From positions 1 to 64,000 of the IMG/VR virus record IMGVR_UViG_3300021387_001106: a stretch of DNA of 64,000 nt. One strand, written 5' to 3'. The notes beneath the pieces are model-generated. The model searched no databases, was not told the DNA's origin, and was given only the letters and a program-made list of their open reading frames with translations. The position numbers and the translations under genes were made by a program. Source of the DNA: a virus (lineage: Duplodnaviria; Caudoviricetes). The stretch's first letter is position 1; each line of letters begins with the position of its first letter. This document shows positions 7,568 through 17,779 of this stretch, in pieces.

Positions 7568-7804
7568 ATGAGAAAAGAGACGAATCCGATCATACTGGCA
7601 AACAACATCAAGCAATATCTGGAAAAAAGCGGGATGAAGAGGAGCGAACTTGCAAGGAAGACCTATACGTCAGAGGTCTCAATCACCAGATACTGCTCTG
7701 GTCAGCGGCACCCGGACGCCTACACGATATACAGGATGGCAAAGGCGCTCGGCTGCACTGTCGAAGACCTTATGAAAGGGGTGGACGAAGAGACGTGTGA
7801 ATAA
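7568..7804 (+). CDS. XRE-family HTH regulator
   Basis: ELARKTYTSEVSITRY...MAKALGCTVEDL. Confidence 0.85.
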   Translation: MRKETNPIILANNIKQYLEKSGMKRSELARKTYTSEVSITRYCSGQRHPDAYTIYRMAKALGCTVEDLMKGVDEETCE

Positions 7805-8891
7805 TACTCCAAAGAAATTCAGCCCGCTTGCAGTATCCAGTAAATTCGCCATCTGCGGGCTGCCTATACGAATGGATACGTACAAATTCTGCACCTTCGG
7901 GTGCAGGTATTGCTTCTCCAACAACAGGAAGATCATGGAGTTTGAAAAATCCATCCAGATAGGAGATGATAACTGGCTCCGCAAGAAATTGGAGGGCGTG
8001 AGCAGGAATGGCCCGAAAGAAGGGAACTTCTTAGAAAAGCTCATAGAGAAGAAGATAACCTTCCACTGCGGCGGCATGTCGGACCCGTTCCAACCATGTG
8101 AGGATACATACCACGCGACACAGAAATGCGTGGATATATGTACGGAATATGGGCACACGATATTGTTCAGCACGAAATCAGATACGGTATACAGCACGAA
8201 TATACGTCCTGACTTGCACACGTTTCAACTATCCATCACGGGCTGTGATAGTGAGGTGGAACCAAACGCGCCCCCGTTGAGCAAGAGGGTGGACTTTTTC
8301 AAACAACTGAAAAGAGACGGCTTCAGGGTAGGAATACGTATTCAGCCGTTTATCCCCGGTGTATCTACACTTGACATTGTCAGAACGTTTGAGGAAGCTG
8401 ACAATTTCACATTAGAAGGGATAAAGATAGTCCCTCAGAACAAAGAGTGCAAGGAGTACATACTGTCGAGATTCGGACTGGACAAATCCGATTTTACACA
8501 GATGGGGCTGTTGAACCTTCGCCCGGAGGTGCGTGTGGAGATGTATAAGCCCTTCATAGAATACTTTGAGGCGCATGACATACCATATTCCATCGCAGAT
8601 AATGACATGCACCACCTTGGGACGAACAACTGCTGCTGCGGGGACGCGCTTATCTCCAACTCTCTGCATATCAATAACACGACGATGTGCCATCTGTATG
8701 GATGCGACTATGACAAGGACAAGATGGATGAGATGATATTGAGGGAAGGCGTGCGGGACTGCAAATGCAATGCCCTGTTTACAAGCAACCGGCAGGAAGG
8801 ATGCATAAGCGTTCAGGATTTCTACGACAAGAGGTTTGACAGGAAATCGAGTCCGTTCAGCCCGAAGTTCCTCTATAGAGCTGTAGAATAG
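7797..8891 (+). CDS. Radical SAM protein, spore-photoproduct-lyase-like
   Basis: DTYKFCTFGCRYC (CxxxCxxC), GGMSDPFQP, STK, RIQPFIPG. Confidence 0.85.
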   Translation: MNNTPKKFSPLAVSSKFAICGLPIRMDTYKFCTFGCRYCFSNNRKIMEFEKSIQIGDDNWLRKKLEGVSRNGPKEGNFLEKLIEKKITFHCGGMSDPFQPCEDTYHATQKCVDICTEYGHTILFSTKSDTVYSTNIRPDLHTFQLSITGCDSEVEPNAPPLSKRVDFFKQLKRDGFRVGIRIQPFIPGVSTLDIVRTFEEADNFTLEGIKIVPQNKECKEYILSRFGLDKSDFTQMGLLNLRPEVRVEMYKPFIEYFEAHDIPYSIADNDMHHLGTNNCCCGDALISNSLHINNTTMCHLYGCDYDKDKMDEMILREGVRDCKCNALFTSNRQEGCISVQDFYDKRFDRKSSPFSPKFLYRAVE

Positions 8892-8956
8892 CAGCAATTT
8901 TTTTGGCCCTGAGCATACCAAAAGGAAATGATAAACACCGTAAGGAGATTGCATAT

Positions 8957-9172
8957 ATGGGGACAGGAAAAACACTGACCGTGCGGGAGCTGATAAATAT
9001 ACTGATCGACGCCCCGAATAAGGACGGGAAGGTCGAAGTGGAGTACATCCAAAAGGAAGTTGAGGAGAACGGCAACGGCTACGAATGGAATCAGTTGAGG
9101 GTCAGTCAAGCTGTAGTCCACAACAGGGGCTGCTCGCTGGAAGCCCATCCGTGGAGAAAGGAGCAAGAATGA
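8957..9172 (+). CDS. Hypothetical protein
   Basis: AAGGAG RBS. Confidence 0.6.
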   Translation: MGTGKTLTVRELINILIDAPNKDGKVEVEYIQKEVEENGNGYEWNQLRVSQAVVHNRGCSLEAHPWRKEQE

Positions 9173-9501
9173 TACTGAGGGAACTACTGGAAAAAATATC
9201 TGACGGAGACGGACTGCCTGATGTGTGGGAAGAGTGGACCGATATTACCCCTTCTTCAGAGAACAAAGTCAATCTGTGCTTCATGTCGGAAGATACTACA
9301 TGGGTAACTGCATATGCTGAACACCCTATCTTCATTCCCTTCTATGACTGCGAGGTCACCGGGATAAGCCCCGGCGAATATGAGGATACGATAAACATTT
9401 GGGTCGACTATGAGAACTTCATTCCGAAGCTGATAGCAAGGAACAAGCCGGGAGACCTGTCGGAAGAAGGGGCAGAAACAACCACAGAAGCAACAGAATA
9501 G
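9169..9501 (+). CDS. Hypothetical protein
   Basis: AAGGAG RBS, coupled overlap. Confidence 0.65.
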   Translation: MILRELLEKISDGDGLPDVWEEWTDITPSSENKVNLCFMSEDTTWVTAYAEHPIFIPFYDCEVTGISPGEYEDTINIWVDYENFIPKLIARNKPGDLSEEGAETTTEATE

Positions 9502-9738
9502 AGAAGGGGAAAGGAAAAATGGTGGGGATTCGTGACCTCAGTATGCCAAAGTCCTGTTCTGATTGCAGGCTGATGGCAAACGGATGGTGCTATGCGAGGG
9601 AAGATTGGGATCATGCTTACGATGATATTGATATGAAGAAACGTCCTTCGTGGTGCCCGCTGGTAGACCTCAGCGCGTGGGAGGATGACGGCAAATAGCA
9701 GACAGCTCGGATACAGCAATTATCATTCGGAGGAGGAT

Positions 9739-10011
9739 ATGCGGGTAACAGAAGAGGAACTGAAGAAAATCCTGATTGAGATGTATGCCTCAACATTCAA
9801 ACTGGCAAGGGACAGGAAACAGTCGGAATACGAGGTCGGGAAGTATGATGGCCTACACGAAGCAACATCTGCGATCATGCTTCAAGTCTTTGGCGGAAGG
9901 ACATTCATGAGGATGTGGGAGATATGCCTGAACAGCGGGCCGTTTGAAGACTGGCGTCAGGTGGCTGAATACATAGAGGAATCCATAAAGGAGATGGGGG
10001 ATGGGGACTAA
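9739..10011 (+). CDS. Hypothetical protein
   Basis: GGAGGAGG RBS. Confidence 0.65.
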   Translation: MRVTEEELKKILIEMYASTFKLARDRKQSEYEVGKYDGLHEATSAIMLQVFGGRTFMRMWEICLNSGPFEDWRQVAEYIEESIKEMGDGD

Positions 10012-10354
10012 CTACTATCTCGTCAGGTCAAAACCGTCCGTTGACGGTGCTGTACATATTGGGAAGAGTTCTGCCGGCTGGTTGTTCAACTTCCAGAGAC
10101 AGGATACGTGGATGGGAAATCTGCATGTGAAATGGAACAGTTTTGATGATGTTAAGGCGTTTCTGAAAGAGCACACGGTAGACTCCCATGATTACGTCAT
10201 TTTGGACGAATATGACGAAGTGGTCAGCTATGAAGATTTAATAGACCTGGTCGAGAGCAAGCAGAATGACCCGTGGTGCAGGTCAAACAAGGACAACTTC
10301 AGCTACGCCGATAATGTCGGCGGATACAGGTTTACTGGCGAGGAGTTTTTATGA
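10001..10354 (+). CDS. Conserved phage protein (MGTNYY...HIGKSSAGW type)
   Basis: Recognisable phage motif, operon context. Confidence 0.75.
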   Translation: MGTNYYLVRSKPSVDGAVHIGKSSAGWLFNFQRQDTWMGNLHVKWNSFDDVKAFLKEHTVDSHDYVILDEYDEVVSYEDLIDLVESKQNDPWCRSNKDNFSYADNVGGYRFTGEEFL

Positions 10355-10872
10355 GCGGGAAAAAGAAGGTCATTATCATTAACGGCAAAGGCGGAAGCGG
10401 CAAGGACACTGTCTGCGACATTGTCGGGAAGCATTACAAGACATGGACCGTTTCTTCCATAACTGTTGTCAAGGAAGCGGCGAGGACTCTTGGATGGGCC
10501 GGGGGAAAAGACCCTGCGGACAGGAAGTTCCTTGCCGACCTAAAGTTCCTGTCTACCGCATATAACGATATGCCGTTCAAGACCCTCATGGCAAAGTACG
10601 GGATGTTCAAAGACTATACGAGCGATGAAATCCTCTTTGTCCATATCAGTGAACCAGAGGAGATCGAGAAATTCCGACAGGCGGTCATGAAAGACGGCGG
10701 GGACGTTACTACACTTCTCATCAGGACGGACAGGACAAAGGAACCCTATGGGAACATGGCGGATGACGGAGTTGATAATTACCAGTACGACCATGTATTC
10801 CAAAACGACTTCCCTATAGAGGAGTTGGAGGACAGATTCATGGAGTATTTCAACCGGGAGATTTATAGCTGA
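10351..10872 (+). CDS. P-loop nucleotide kinase-like protein (dNMP kinase type)
   Basis: IIINGKGGSGKDT Walker A. Confidence 0.75.
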   Translation: MSGKKKVIIINGKGGSGKDTVCDIVGKHYKTWTVSSITVVKEAARTLGWAGGKDPADRKFLADLKFLSTAYNDMPFKTLMAKYGMFKDYTSDEILFVHISEPEEIEKFRQAVMKDGGDVTTLLIRTDRTKEPYGNMADDGVDNYQYDHVFQNDFPIEELEDRFMEYFNREIYS

Positions 10873-11031
10873 TGGGGAAGAAATGCAGCACCTGCAAGCA
10901 CTTTCATATCCGTGTCAAGCCTAACATGCCGTGGGACACGGGGATTGCGGAGTGCAGGAAGCATAGTGTCGTATGTGACATTACGAGCACACAGCATATA
11001 AAGAGGCTTGAATGCGTGGAGGATGACAGAG

Positions 11032-11244
11032 ATGACGGTTGAAGAGGCTTTCAGCAAGAATATGTATCGCCACATGAAGAGGAAAGGATGGACATTTGTC
11101 AGGCTCGCCAAAGAGAGCGGGGTTACATCTGGACACCTGAGGTCTATCAAGAACAACAGGCGTGCTCCCCGGCTCGATACAGCATATCTTATATCAAAGG
11201 CATTGGGTGTCACGGTCAATGACCTTATCAGGGGGTGTGACTGA
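11032..11244 (+). CDS. XRE-family HTH regulator
   Basis: LAKESGVTSGHL...ISKALGVTVNDL. Confidence 0.85.
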   Translation: MTVEEAFSKNMYRHMKRKGWTFVRLAKESGVTSGHLRSIKNNRRAPRLDTAYLISKALGVTVNDLIRGCD

Positions 11245-11513
11245 TGACAGATTACATTCAGGCAAAGGGCCTTATCAAAGGCTATGTCAAGGCTTACAGG
11301 GAGGACATGCCGGCATATATGCGCCGCGCACTCGAACTTTCCATGGAAGCCTTGGACAAGCAGATACCAGTCACCCCGGGATATGAAGACGGCGGTTTTG
11401 ACGAAGAAGGGCAGGAGACATGGTATCCCGTCTGTATTTCCTGCCACAGCGAAATAGATGAAGACTATACTTACTGCCCCACGTGCGGACAGAGAATAGA
11501 GTGGAGTGACTGA
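11244..11513 (+). CDS. Zinc-ribbon protein
   Basis: CISC...CPTCGQRIEW. Confidence 0.75.
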   Translation: MTDYIQAKGLIKGYVKAYREDMPAYMRRALELSMEALDKQIPVTPGYEDGGFDEEGQETWYPVCISCHSEIDEDYTYCPTCGQRIEWSD

Positions 11514-12052
11514 TGACTAAAGAGAGAGCCGTAGAGATACTGCGCCACATACACAGCCCTGATGAAGAGGTGATGGCTGTGCTTGAGATGGCTGCAAACG
11601 CAATAGCATCTAATGAACAAATCAGATGGGAAAGGGATACCGCTATCGACCAGCTTGGTCAACTTGGATATGGGCTTGGCGAAGAAATAAAGACACCATC
11701 CGACGGAGACCTGGTCAGGTGGACGGATGCAGTACGTGTTATCTTCAACGCCCTGCTCACGATTCCAGACACAGAAGATAACCCGGACAACATGTCAATG
11801 GCGATAGCCATGGCTGAGGAGATCCCACCGGTACGGAGATGGATAAGGGCCGACAAGGCGAGACCAAAAGACTTCCACCATGTCCTTGGATGGATAGAAC
11901 GTAACAAGTGGGGGGCTGACGGACACATGACCCTTGTTCAGGAGTACGCGGTCGGATGGTACCACAGGGGCAAATGGCACTTCAACGGATACCCGGACTC
12001 GGCTGTGTGCCTTGCGTGGATGCCATTGCCCGAAAAATACAGGGAGGCATAA
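11513..12052 (+). CDS. Phage protein with C-terminal DUF551-like domain
   Basis: WI....P ... AWMPLPE. Confidence 0.7.
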   Translation: MTKERAVEILRHIHSPDEEVMAVLEMAANAIASNEQIRWERDTAIDQLGQLGYGLGEEIKTPSDGDLVRWTDAVRVIFNALLTIPDTEDNPDNMSMAIAMAEEIPPVRRWIRADKARPKDFHHVLGWIERNKWGADGHMTLVQEYAVGWYHRGKWHFNGYPDSAVCLAWMPLPEKYREA

Positions 12053-12054
12053 AG

Positions 12055-12240
12055 ATGATACCGACATTTTCAATCTGCGGAAGCTGTAGCTTCTTCAAGC
12101 CGTATCCGAAAGGGACAGCCGGCAGATGCATGTACTGGAATACGGAGACGGTAGCGCTTGGAAAGTGCAGTGAGTTCAGGCCGGCAAAGACAGGAGAAGA
12201 GGACAAGAGCGGAGAACCGTCAGATGGGGACGCCAAATAG
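12055..12240 (+). CDS. Small Cys-rich hypothetical protein
   Basis: GGAGG RBS, CGSC. Confidence 0.6.
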   Translation: MIPTFSICGSCSFFKPYPKGTAGRCMYWNTETVALGKCSEFRPAKTGEEDKSGEPSDGDAK

Positions 12241-12496
12241 CCCCGTAGAGAGATTCTACATATTTATAGTATAAATCCCCTTAAAAAGACTTCCGGGGCC
12301 GCCACGGGGCGGTCTGAGGCTTCTGAGGGGGTTCTGAACATTCACAACATGATACGGCGCAGTCTGGTAAAATAACCCTGCACTATGACTTCATCCGCAG
12401 GAGAGTGCATGCTTCACCGCCCCTCTTCAGAAAAAGGAGCCTATGCAAAGCGGGGGATGAGTTGTCAAATGCTTTATATCTAAGGAGAACCGAATT

Positions 12497-12712
12497 ATGG
12501 AAAATTTCAAAGGGCCCCTTGCCATGGACATCAAAAAGGTGAGAACGCTTGCCAAGATTGCAGCGGACAACCTTGAAAACATCGGCGGATTCACTTTTAC
12601 GCAGTTACAGCGTATCGAGGAAGTGGAATGCCTTATACTTTCCATTGTAGACGAAGCGGACATCTTGGAGAAAGACCTGAACCAATGGAATAACGGCAAC
12701 GCGGAATCCTGA
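12497..12712 (+). CDS. Hypothetical protein
   Basis: TAAGGAG RBS, followed by terminator. Confidence 0.65.
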   Translation: MENFKGPLAMDIKKVRTLAKIAADNLENIGGFTFTQLQRIEEVECLILSIVDEADILEKDLNQWNNGNAES

Positions 12713-12757
12713 GAGTACAGCGTTGCTACATCTATATCGCCCGGTCAGGGAGATAAG

Positions 12758-12788
12758 TACACGTCCTTCACGGGGCGTGTATTTTTTT
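12758..12788 (+). terminator. Intrinsic terminator
   Basis: TACACGTCC-TTCAC-GGGGCGTGTA + T run. Confidence 0.75.
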
Positions 12789-12932
12789 GCCGGGACAGCC
12801 GGGATATACCGAACGGCTCGCTTGGCGTTGAACTTTTACCGGCTATCGAATATACTAAATCGGGAAAAGCGCGTGCGAATAATAGATGTTAGTAGTGGCA
12901 GTCGAATAGTTGATGCTTAGAAGGAATAGTCG

Positions 12933-14183
12933 ATGAAGTTTGATAAAAGGCTCCTGAAGGAAAAGTGGTTTTCGTACACAGTTGCTTTGTGTTCGGCAGT
13001 CGTTGTGTATATGCTGCTGACACATCTGAGCGGACTGCGCGGCATCATCAAGGGGATATGGGACATTGGAGCACCTGTGTTTATGGCGCTCATCATCGCC
13101 TATGTGATGGCACCGCTCGTAGACGTCTATTCCAAGTATGTATTGAACAAGGTGACTCCTGACAGGCTCCGCCACACGCTGTCTGTTCTCATGGCAGTCC
13201 TGACGGTAGTGCTTTCCTTTGCTATCCTGATGGTAGCGCTTGTCCCTCAGGTCATTGACAGCATCATGATGTTCGTGGGAAACCTGAACAACTATGTCCT
13301 CTCTTTTCAGCAGTTCATGCGACAGGTGAGCAGTTTCGCGGCACAGCATGACATCGACCTGTCGCAGTTTATCACTTCGAGTGACGAGCTGCTCCAATCC
13401 ATTACCCGTATCCTTCCTGAAAATGCGAACAAGATCGTGAACGTGTCCTATGGGTTCGGCGCAAAGATTTTCGACTGGGTCATCTCGTTTATCCTTGCAA
13501 TCTATCTGATGCTCGACGGTGCTAAGATGAAACTGGGCTTTATGCGCCTTATGTACGCCCTGATGCCAGAGGGTATGTACCGTGGAATGGCTTCATTCTG
13601 GGGCCGGTGCAACACGATTCTGGTCCAATATATCGCATTTGATGTCCTTGACGGTCTTATTATCGGGATACTCAACTGGATTTTTATGGTGATTATGAGG
13701 ATGCCCTATGTGGCTATCATCTCCGTGGTCGTTGGCGTCACCAATCTGGCACCGACATTCGGGCCTATGGCGGGTGCGGTTATCGGTTCGTTTATCCTCG
13801 TACTGGCCAACCCGGTTCAGGCGCTTTGGTTCCTACTCTTTACGCTTGTGCTACAGACGATAGATGGATACGTGATAAAACCCCGTCTATTCGGTGAGTC
13901 ATTGGGCGTCTCTTCAGTCTGGATACTGATCTCTCTCATCATCGGCGGGCGGCTTATGGGCGTTGGTGGGATCCTTCTGTCTATCCCGTTTGCAGCTATA
14001 GTTGATTTCGCCTATCACGATTACATCATTGTTCGATTGGAAAAACAAAGCTCGGAGCGGCGGAGGATGAAGCTCGAATCGGAAGCGGACATGGAAAACC
14101 CTACAATGGGGATGGAGCATGTAGAGGCCCAGTCAACAGTACAACCGAACGAACTGGTGACGGATGAAAAGAAAAAAGAATAA
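12933..14183 (+). CDS. AI-2E family transporter (PerM/TqsA-like)
   Basis: Multi-TM; IIAYVMAPLV, NLAPTFGP, LQTIDGYVIKPRLFG, GILLSIP motifs. Confidence 0.92.
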   Translation: MKFDKRLLKEKWFSYTVALCSAVVVYMLLTHLSGLRGIIKGIWDIGAPVFMALIIAYVMAPLVDVYSKYVLNKVTPDRLRHTLSVLMAVLTVVLSFAILMVALVPQVIDSIMMFVGNLNNYVLSFQQFMRQVSSFAAQHDIDLSQFITSSDELLQSITRILPENANKIVNVSYGFGAKIFDWVISFILAIYLMLDGAKMKLGFMRLMYALMPEGMYRGMASFWGRCNTILVQYIAFDVLDGLIIGILNWIFMVIMRMPYVAIISVVVGVTNLAPTFGPMAGAVIGSFILVLANPVQALWFLLFTLVLQTIDGYVIKPRLFGESLGVSSVWILISLIIGGRLMGVGGILLSIPFAAIVDFAYHDYIIVRLEKQSSERRRMKLESEADMENPTMGMEHVEAQSTVQPNELVTDEKKKE

Positions 14184-14261
14184 GAGCTCGACCCTGTACT
14201 ATCGAGAAGGAACAGACTGCTCCCCAGTTCCAATACATTGAAAAAGCGGAGGCTGGATTCA

Positions 14262-14290
14262 TTGAAAGTGGGCTCGTGGTAGCGTATAAT
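14262..14290 (+). promoter_or_regulatory. Sigma-A promoter of a short non-coding transcript
   Basis: TTGAAA-17 bp-TATAAT. Confidence 0.7.
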
Positions 14291-14295
14291 TTAAA

Positions 14296-14366
14296 GTGCG
14301 TTATCCACTTGGTAACCTAATTCCCCCTTGAGAGACGGAGAGCCACAAGCCACCGTCTCTCATTTT
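14296..14366 (+). ncRNA. Putative small RNA with anti-Shine-Dalgarno tract
   Basis: Promoter then ~70 nt containing ATTCCCCCTT and terminator GAGAGACGG/CCGTCTCTC+TTTT; no ORF. Confidence 0.5.
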
Positions 14367-14633
14367 ATCGAGGCAAAAACAGAACACTTTTGTGAATCCT
14401 ATATATGATAAACATAGGGGATGCAATGCTCATCACATAAATGACGCGGGTTTTCTGAAAAAACGTCGGAAAACGCATATAATCGGGGATTTTTAGGCAC
14501 CGCTTGACAATTCGAATTTCCGAATGTACAATTTGCCTTGTATCATATATGCCCCCAAGTTACCGATGTTTATGAAACCCCTCCGTGTCTAAGATGCACA
14601 AAAACTGCATATTAGTCATTTTTTTCCGAAAGA

Positions 14634-14681
14634 AAAAGGCAGAGAGCCGACGGATATTGAGTCCGCAGTTCTCTGCTTTTT
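14634..14681. terminator. Bidirectional intrinsic terminator downstream of the recombinase
   Basis: AAAAAGGCAGAGAG...TTCTCTGCTTTTT. Confidence 0.7.
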
Positions 14682-16451
14682 TCATTCATAGAAAAACCGT
14701 ACGGTAATCCCGTTTTTGAACCGTATGACGGTCACCTTACCGCTTGTGATGGTGATTCTGTCGATGACCCTGTTCATGAAGTCCTTCGGGACAGAAGGCT
14801 CCAAGGCTTTTAAGATGGTGACCGGGTCTTTTGCGCTTCCGCTGAGCAGCTTGTCTACCATCAGGAGATAACTGGCTTTGCTCGCAAAGTCCTTGTCGGA
14901 GAAGTTTTCGACTTCGGGGACGGATTTTTCGAGCATGCTGTCTATCTCTGTGAGCTCGTCGAGGATACGTTTCCTCTCTATCCTATAATCCTTTTCTGCT
15001 ATCCCGTCATCGCCGTACAGGAAAAGCGACTGGAGCCTGCCGAGGGAAGATTCGAGTTTTCTTTTCCTGTCCTTCAGCATCTGGATGTCATCTGACTGGG
15101 CTCTGTTTGAAGAAGGCGGGGAGTATTCAAAGCCGGTCGTACCGGACTGGATGGCTTCAACGAATGCGTCAAGCCCCTCTATACGCAGTATACCGGATGT
15201 TCCGTTGCCCGAAAGTATCGCCTGTTCAATATCGTCAGCTGTTGTATTCCTGCCTGTGCGCCCTACGGACGTCATTACCCCGGAGATCGTGGAAAAAACA
15301 AGTGGTGCGATGGAGAGGTCGTTTACGTATTTGCTATCACACTGGGATGTCTTTCTGCGCTTTGCGGCGCAGCCGTACATGGAAGGCCGGTGCCCATCGG
15401 CACGTCTGCGGTCCTGTGTGGCTGTCATATTTGCCCCACAGTTCCCACATTGCAGAAGGCCGGCAAAGATATGGACGGCTTTGCCTGTATAGGTATCTCC
15501 CTTCTTTGGCCCTTTTCGTACGTTCCTTTTCAGCATGAAGTTCAGCCTGTCAAAACGCACATCATCTATTATGGCGGGATGGTGGTCTTCAACGTCTATC
15601 CACTCGGTGCTGTCACGCTTTGCATTGCCCTTACCATCGGAATGTACGTTGTAGCGGTAGACCCCTTTATAAAAGACATTTGTCAACAGTTTGTGTACCC
15701 CGACGGGGTTCCATGGGCGGCCAGAACGCGTGTGCAGACCCTTCCCGTTGAGCTCCTGACACACCTTCAGCAGGGATTGCTTTTCCTCATACAGGTTGCA
15801 GATGTAACGGTAGACCTCCGCCTCTTTTTCATTGACAGAGAAGGTCTTTGCCTCGGTATCCCAGTCATATCCGTAGGGGACGCGACCGCCGTTCCACTGG
15901 CCGTTGTTGGCTCTGGAAAGCATGACGGCGGTGACACGCTCCGCTGTCATCTGACGTTCGAGCTCCGCGAACACGAGGATGATCTTCAGCATCGCCTCGC
16001 CTATCGCGGTCGATGTATCGAACTGCTCATTCTTCGACACGAAAGTAACGCCTATCCGCTTTAATTCAGAGTACATGGTGGCGAAATCGAGAAGATTTCG
16101 GCTGATACGGTCGATCTTCCAGACGAGCAGGTGGGAATATTCCCCTGTCCTCAGCCTTGCCATCATGCGCTGATAAGCCGGCCTTGAGGTATCCTTACCT
16201 GAATAGCCGGGGTCTTCGAACACGTCATAATCTTTTATGCCGAGGACCAGTTCGGAATACGCGGCAAGCTCACGCCTCTGTACCTGAAGGGAATCTTTAT
16301 CAATCTGGAACTGCGTAGATACACGAATGTAAATGGCTGCTTTGTTTCGCAAAATAGTTTCCATATATCCCATCCATTTTTCCGAAAAATATGCACGGAT
16401 GGATAAGCAGCGCTTTTTGCGTGCCGGCACCCGTGCATCGTTATCGTTCAC
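14682..16451 (-). CDS. Large serine recombinase / integrase (start may be 16373 or 16364)
   Basis: AAIYIRVST catalytic motif, DRISRN, GGRVPYGY recombinase domain, zinc ribbon CGNCG. Confidence 0.95.
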   Translation of the reverse strand: MNDNDARVPARKKRCLSIRAYFSEKWMGYMETILRNKAAIYIRVSTQFQIDKDSLQVQRRELAAYSELVLGIKDYDVFEDPGYSGKDTSRPAYQRMMARLRTGEYSHLLVWKIDRISRNLLDFATMYSELKRIGVTFVSKNEQFDTSTAIGEAMLKIILVFAELERQMTAERVTAVMLSRANNGQWNGGRVPYGYDWDTEAKTFSVNEKEAEVYRYICNLYEEKQSLLKVCQELNGKGLHTRSGRPWNPVGVHKLLTNVFYKGVYRYNVHSDGKGNAKRDSTEWIDVEDHHPAIIDDVRFDRLNFMLKRNVRKGPKKGDTYTGKAVHIFAGLLQCGNCGANMTATQDRRRADGHRPSMYGCAAKRRKTSQCDSKYVNDLSIAPLVFSTISGVMTSVGRTGRNTTADDIEQAILSGNGTSGILRIEGLDAFVEAIQSGTTGFEYSPPSSNRAQSDDIQMLKDRKRKLESSLGRLQSLFLYGDDGIAEKDYRIERKRILDELTEIDSMLEKSVPEVENFSDKDFASKASYLLMVDKLLSGSAKDPVTILKALEPSVPKDFMNRVIDRITITSGKVTVIRFKNGITVRFFYE

Positions 16452-16467
16452 GTTTCGAATAATTTGT

Positions 16468-16821
16468 TTATGTTCTGTACTTCTTTAGTACAGCCTCAAT
16501 GACGGCTTTGTCGTCGTCTGAGGCTTTGTCGTAAAGCCACGCGACCTGCTCTGATTCCTCTGACAGGACGGCCTGTTTTTCTGGCTTAATGCCGAGAAGG
16601 TAGTCTACTGTGACCCCGAAGTATTTGGCTATCCTGCACGTGTATTCAAGTGTTGGTTCGCGTTCATTTGACAAATACCTTGAGATGGAAGCCGCCGTGA
16701 TACCCACATCATAAGCGAGGTCTTTTGCGAGCAATCCTCTTGACTCCATCAGTGTCCGAAGGGTCCGCCTGAATGTTTCTGATCGCTGTTCCCATTCCTT
16801 AGAAAAATCCTGATTATCCAT
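16468..16821 (-). CDS. CI-like XRE repressor
   Basis: HTH LAYDVGITAASISRY; co-oriented with integrase, divergent from cro. Confidence 0.88.
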   Translation of the reverse strand: MDNQDFSKEWEQRSETFRRTLRTLMESRGLLAKDLAYDVGITAASISRYLSNEREPTLEYTCRIAKYFGVTVDYLLGIKPEKQAVLSEESEQVAWLYDKASDDDKAVIEAVLKKYRT

Positions 16822-16872
16822 GTCTCACATTCCTTTCGTGGCGTTCGCCTGTACTAAAAGTATAATCTCAAA

Positions 16873-16971
16873 TTACCATTCGGGCAAGAAAATAATTCGC
16901 ATCATCCTTTTAGTGAGCAAAAAACAAATTGACATCACACAATGAGTACCATATAATAAACCATACGGTAA
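16873..16971. promoter_or_regulatory. Lysis/lysogeny switch: rightward promoter with operator-like palindromes
   Basis: TTGACA(16929)-17 bp-TATAAT(16952); TTACCA-NN-YGGNAA-like sites at 16873 and 16958. Confidence 0.75.
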
Positions 16972-16993
16972 TTCTAAATGAGAGGTGGTAAGT

Positions 16994-17293
16994 ATGAACA
17001 CGACAGAACTAATGGTAGAACGTATCAGGAGTGGCAAGACTCGCCGTGACATTGCAAACGCTCTGGAGATTTCATACGATGCTTACAGGCGCAAGGAGGC
17101 GGGCCTTGTTTCATTCAACCCTGACCAGATTATCGTTGTAGCAACGGAGCTTGGTCTGACAGCGGGAAAGATAAACCTGATTTTTTTTGACATGAAGTTA
17201 CCAATAGGAAATCCAGATGAACCATACGGTGATCTGGCTGGCCCGCTTGACCAAAGCATAGCACAAGGAGGAACGGAAAAAAATGGGGCGTAG
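16994..17293 (+). CDS. Cro-like HTH regulator
   Basis: IANALEISYDAYRRKEAG HTH; first gene of lytic operon. Confidence 0.8.
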   Translation: MNTTELMVERIRSGKTRRDIANALEISYDAYRRKEAGLVSFNPDQIIVVATELGLTAGKINLIFFDMKLPIGNPDEPYGDLAGPLDQSIAQGGTEKNGA

Positions 17294-17774
17294 AGCCACG
17301 GTGGCGGCAGGTAACGTATGGTATGAAGCACGTATGAGAGCCGCAAAAGGGAACGACAAACTGTACAGCAGGTTTGGAGCGGCTGACGAGGCCGGCATGT
17401 CTGAAGACGCTATAAAAAGCACTGAACTGGGGCTTGAAAAACAGATGCCGGTAGAGAAAGCTGTCATTCTGGCAGACCTTTACAATGCACCAGAACTGCT
17501 GAATTACTACTGCATCCATGAGTGCCCGATAGGACAGAACCATGCTATATCTGACGAGGTCCCGTCCATTGAGCACATCACCCTAAAGTTGCTTAAAGCA
17601 ATGAGGGTGTCACAGCTCAAGCCTATCATGGAACAGCTTGTCGATATTGCCGAGGACGGCAAAATTACTGATGACGAGAAGGAAGAACTCGAAAAGATTG
17701 TTGCGTACATGGAAGACCTTGCAAGGTCTATCAGTATGCTGAGAACATGCAGCAGTAAACAGGGAACCGGGTAA
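17283..17774 (+). CDS. Phage regulatory CII-like protein
   Basis: LADLYNAPEL..YC..ECPIG, IAEDGKITDDE. Confidence 0.75.
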   Translation: MGRRATVAAGNVWYEARMRAAKGNDKLYSRFGAADEAGMSEDAIKSTELGLEKQMPVEKAVILADLYNAPELLNYYCIHECPIGQNHAISDEVPSIEHITLKLLKAMRVSQLKPIMEQLVDIAEDGKITDDEKEELEKIVAYMEDLARSISMLRTCSSKQGTG

Positions 17775-17779
17775 AGAAA

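Noticed and set aside
14390-14590. att site from short inverted repeats (ATATATGATA/TATCATATAT, ATAAACAT/ATGTTTAT)
   Set aside because: Plausible location, but the repeats are short and AT-rich; cannot be defined without the empty host site
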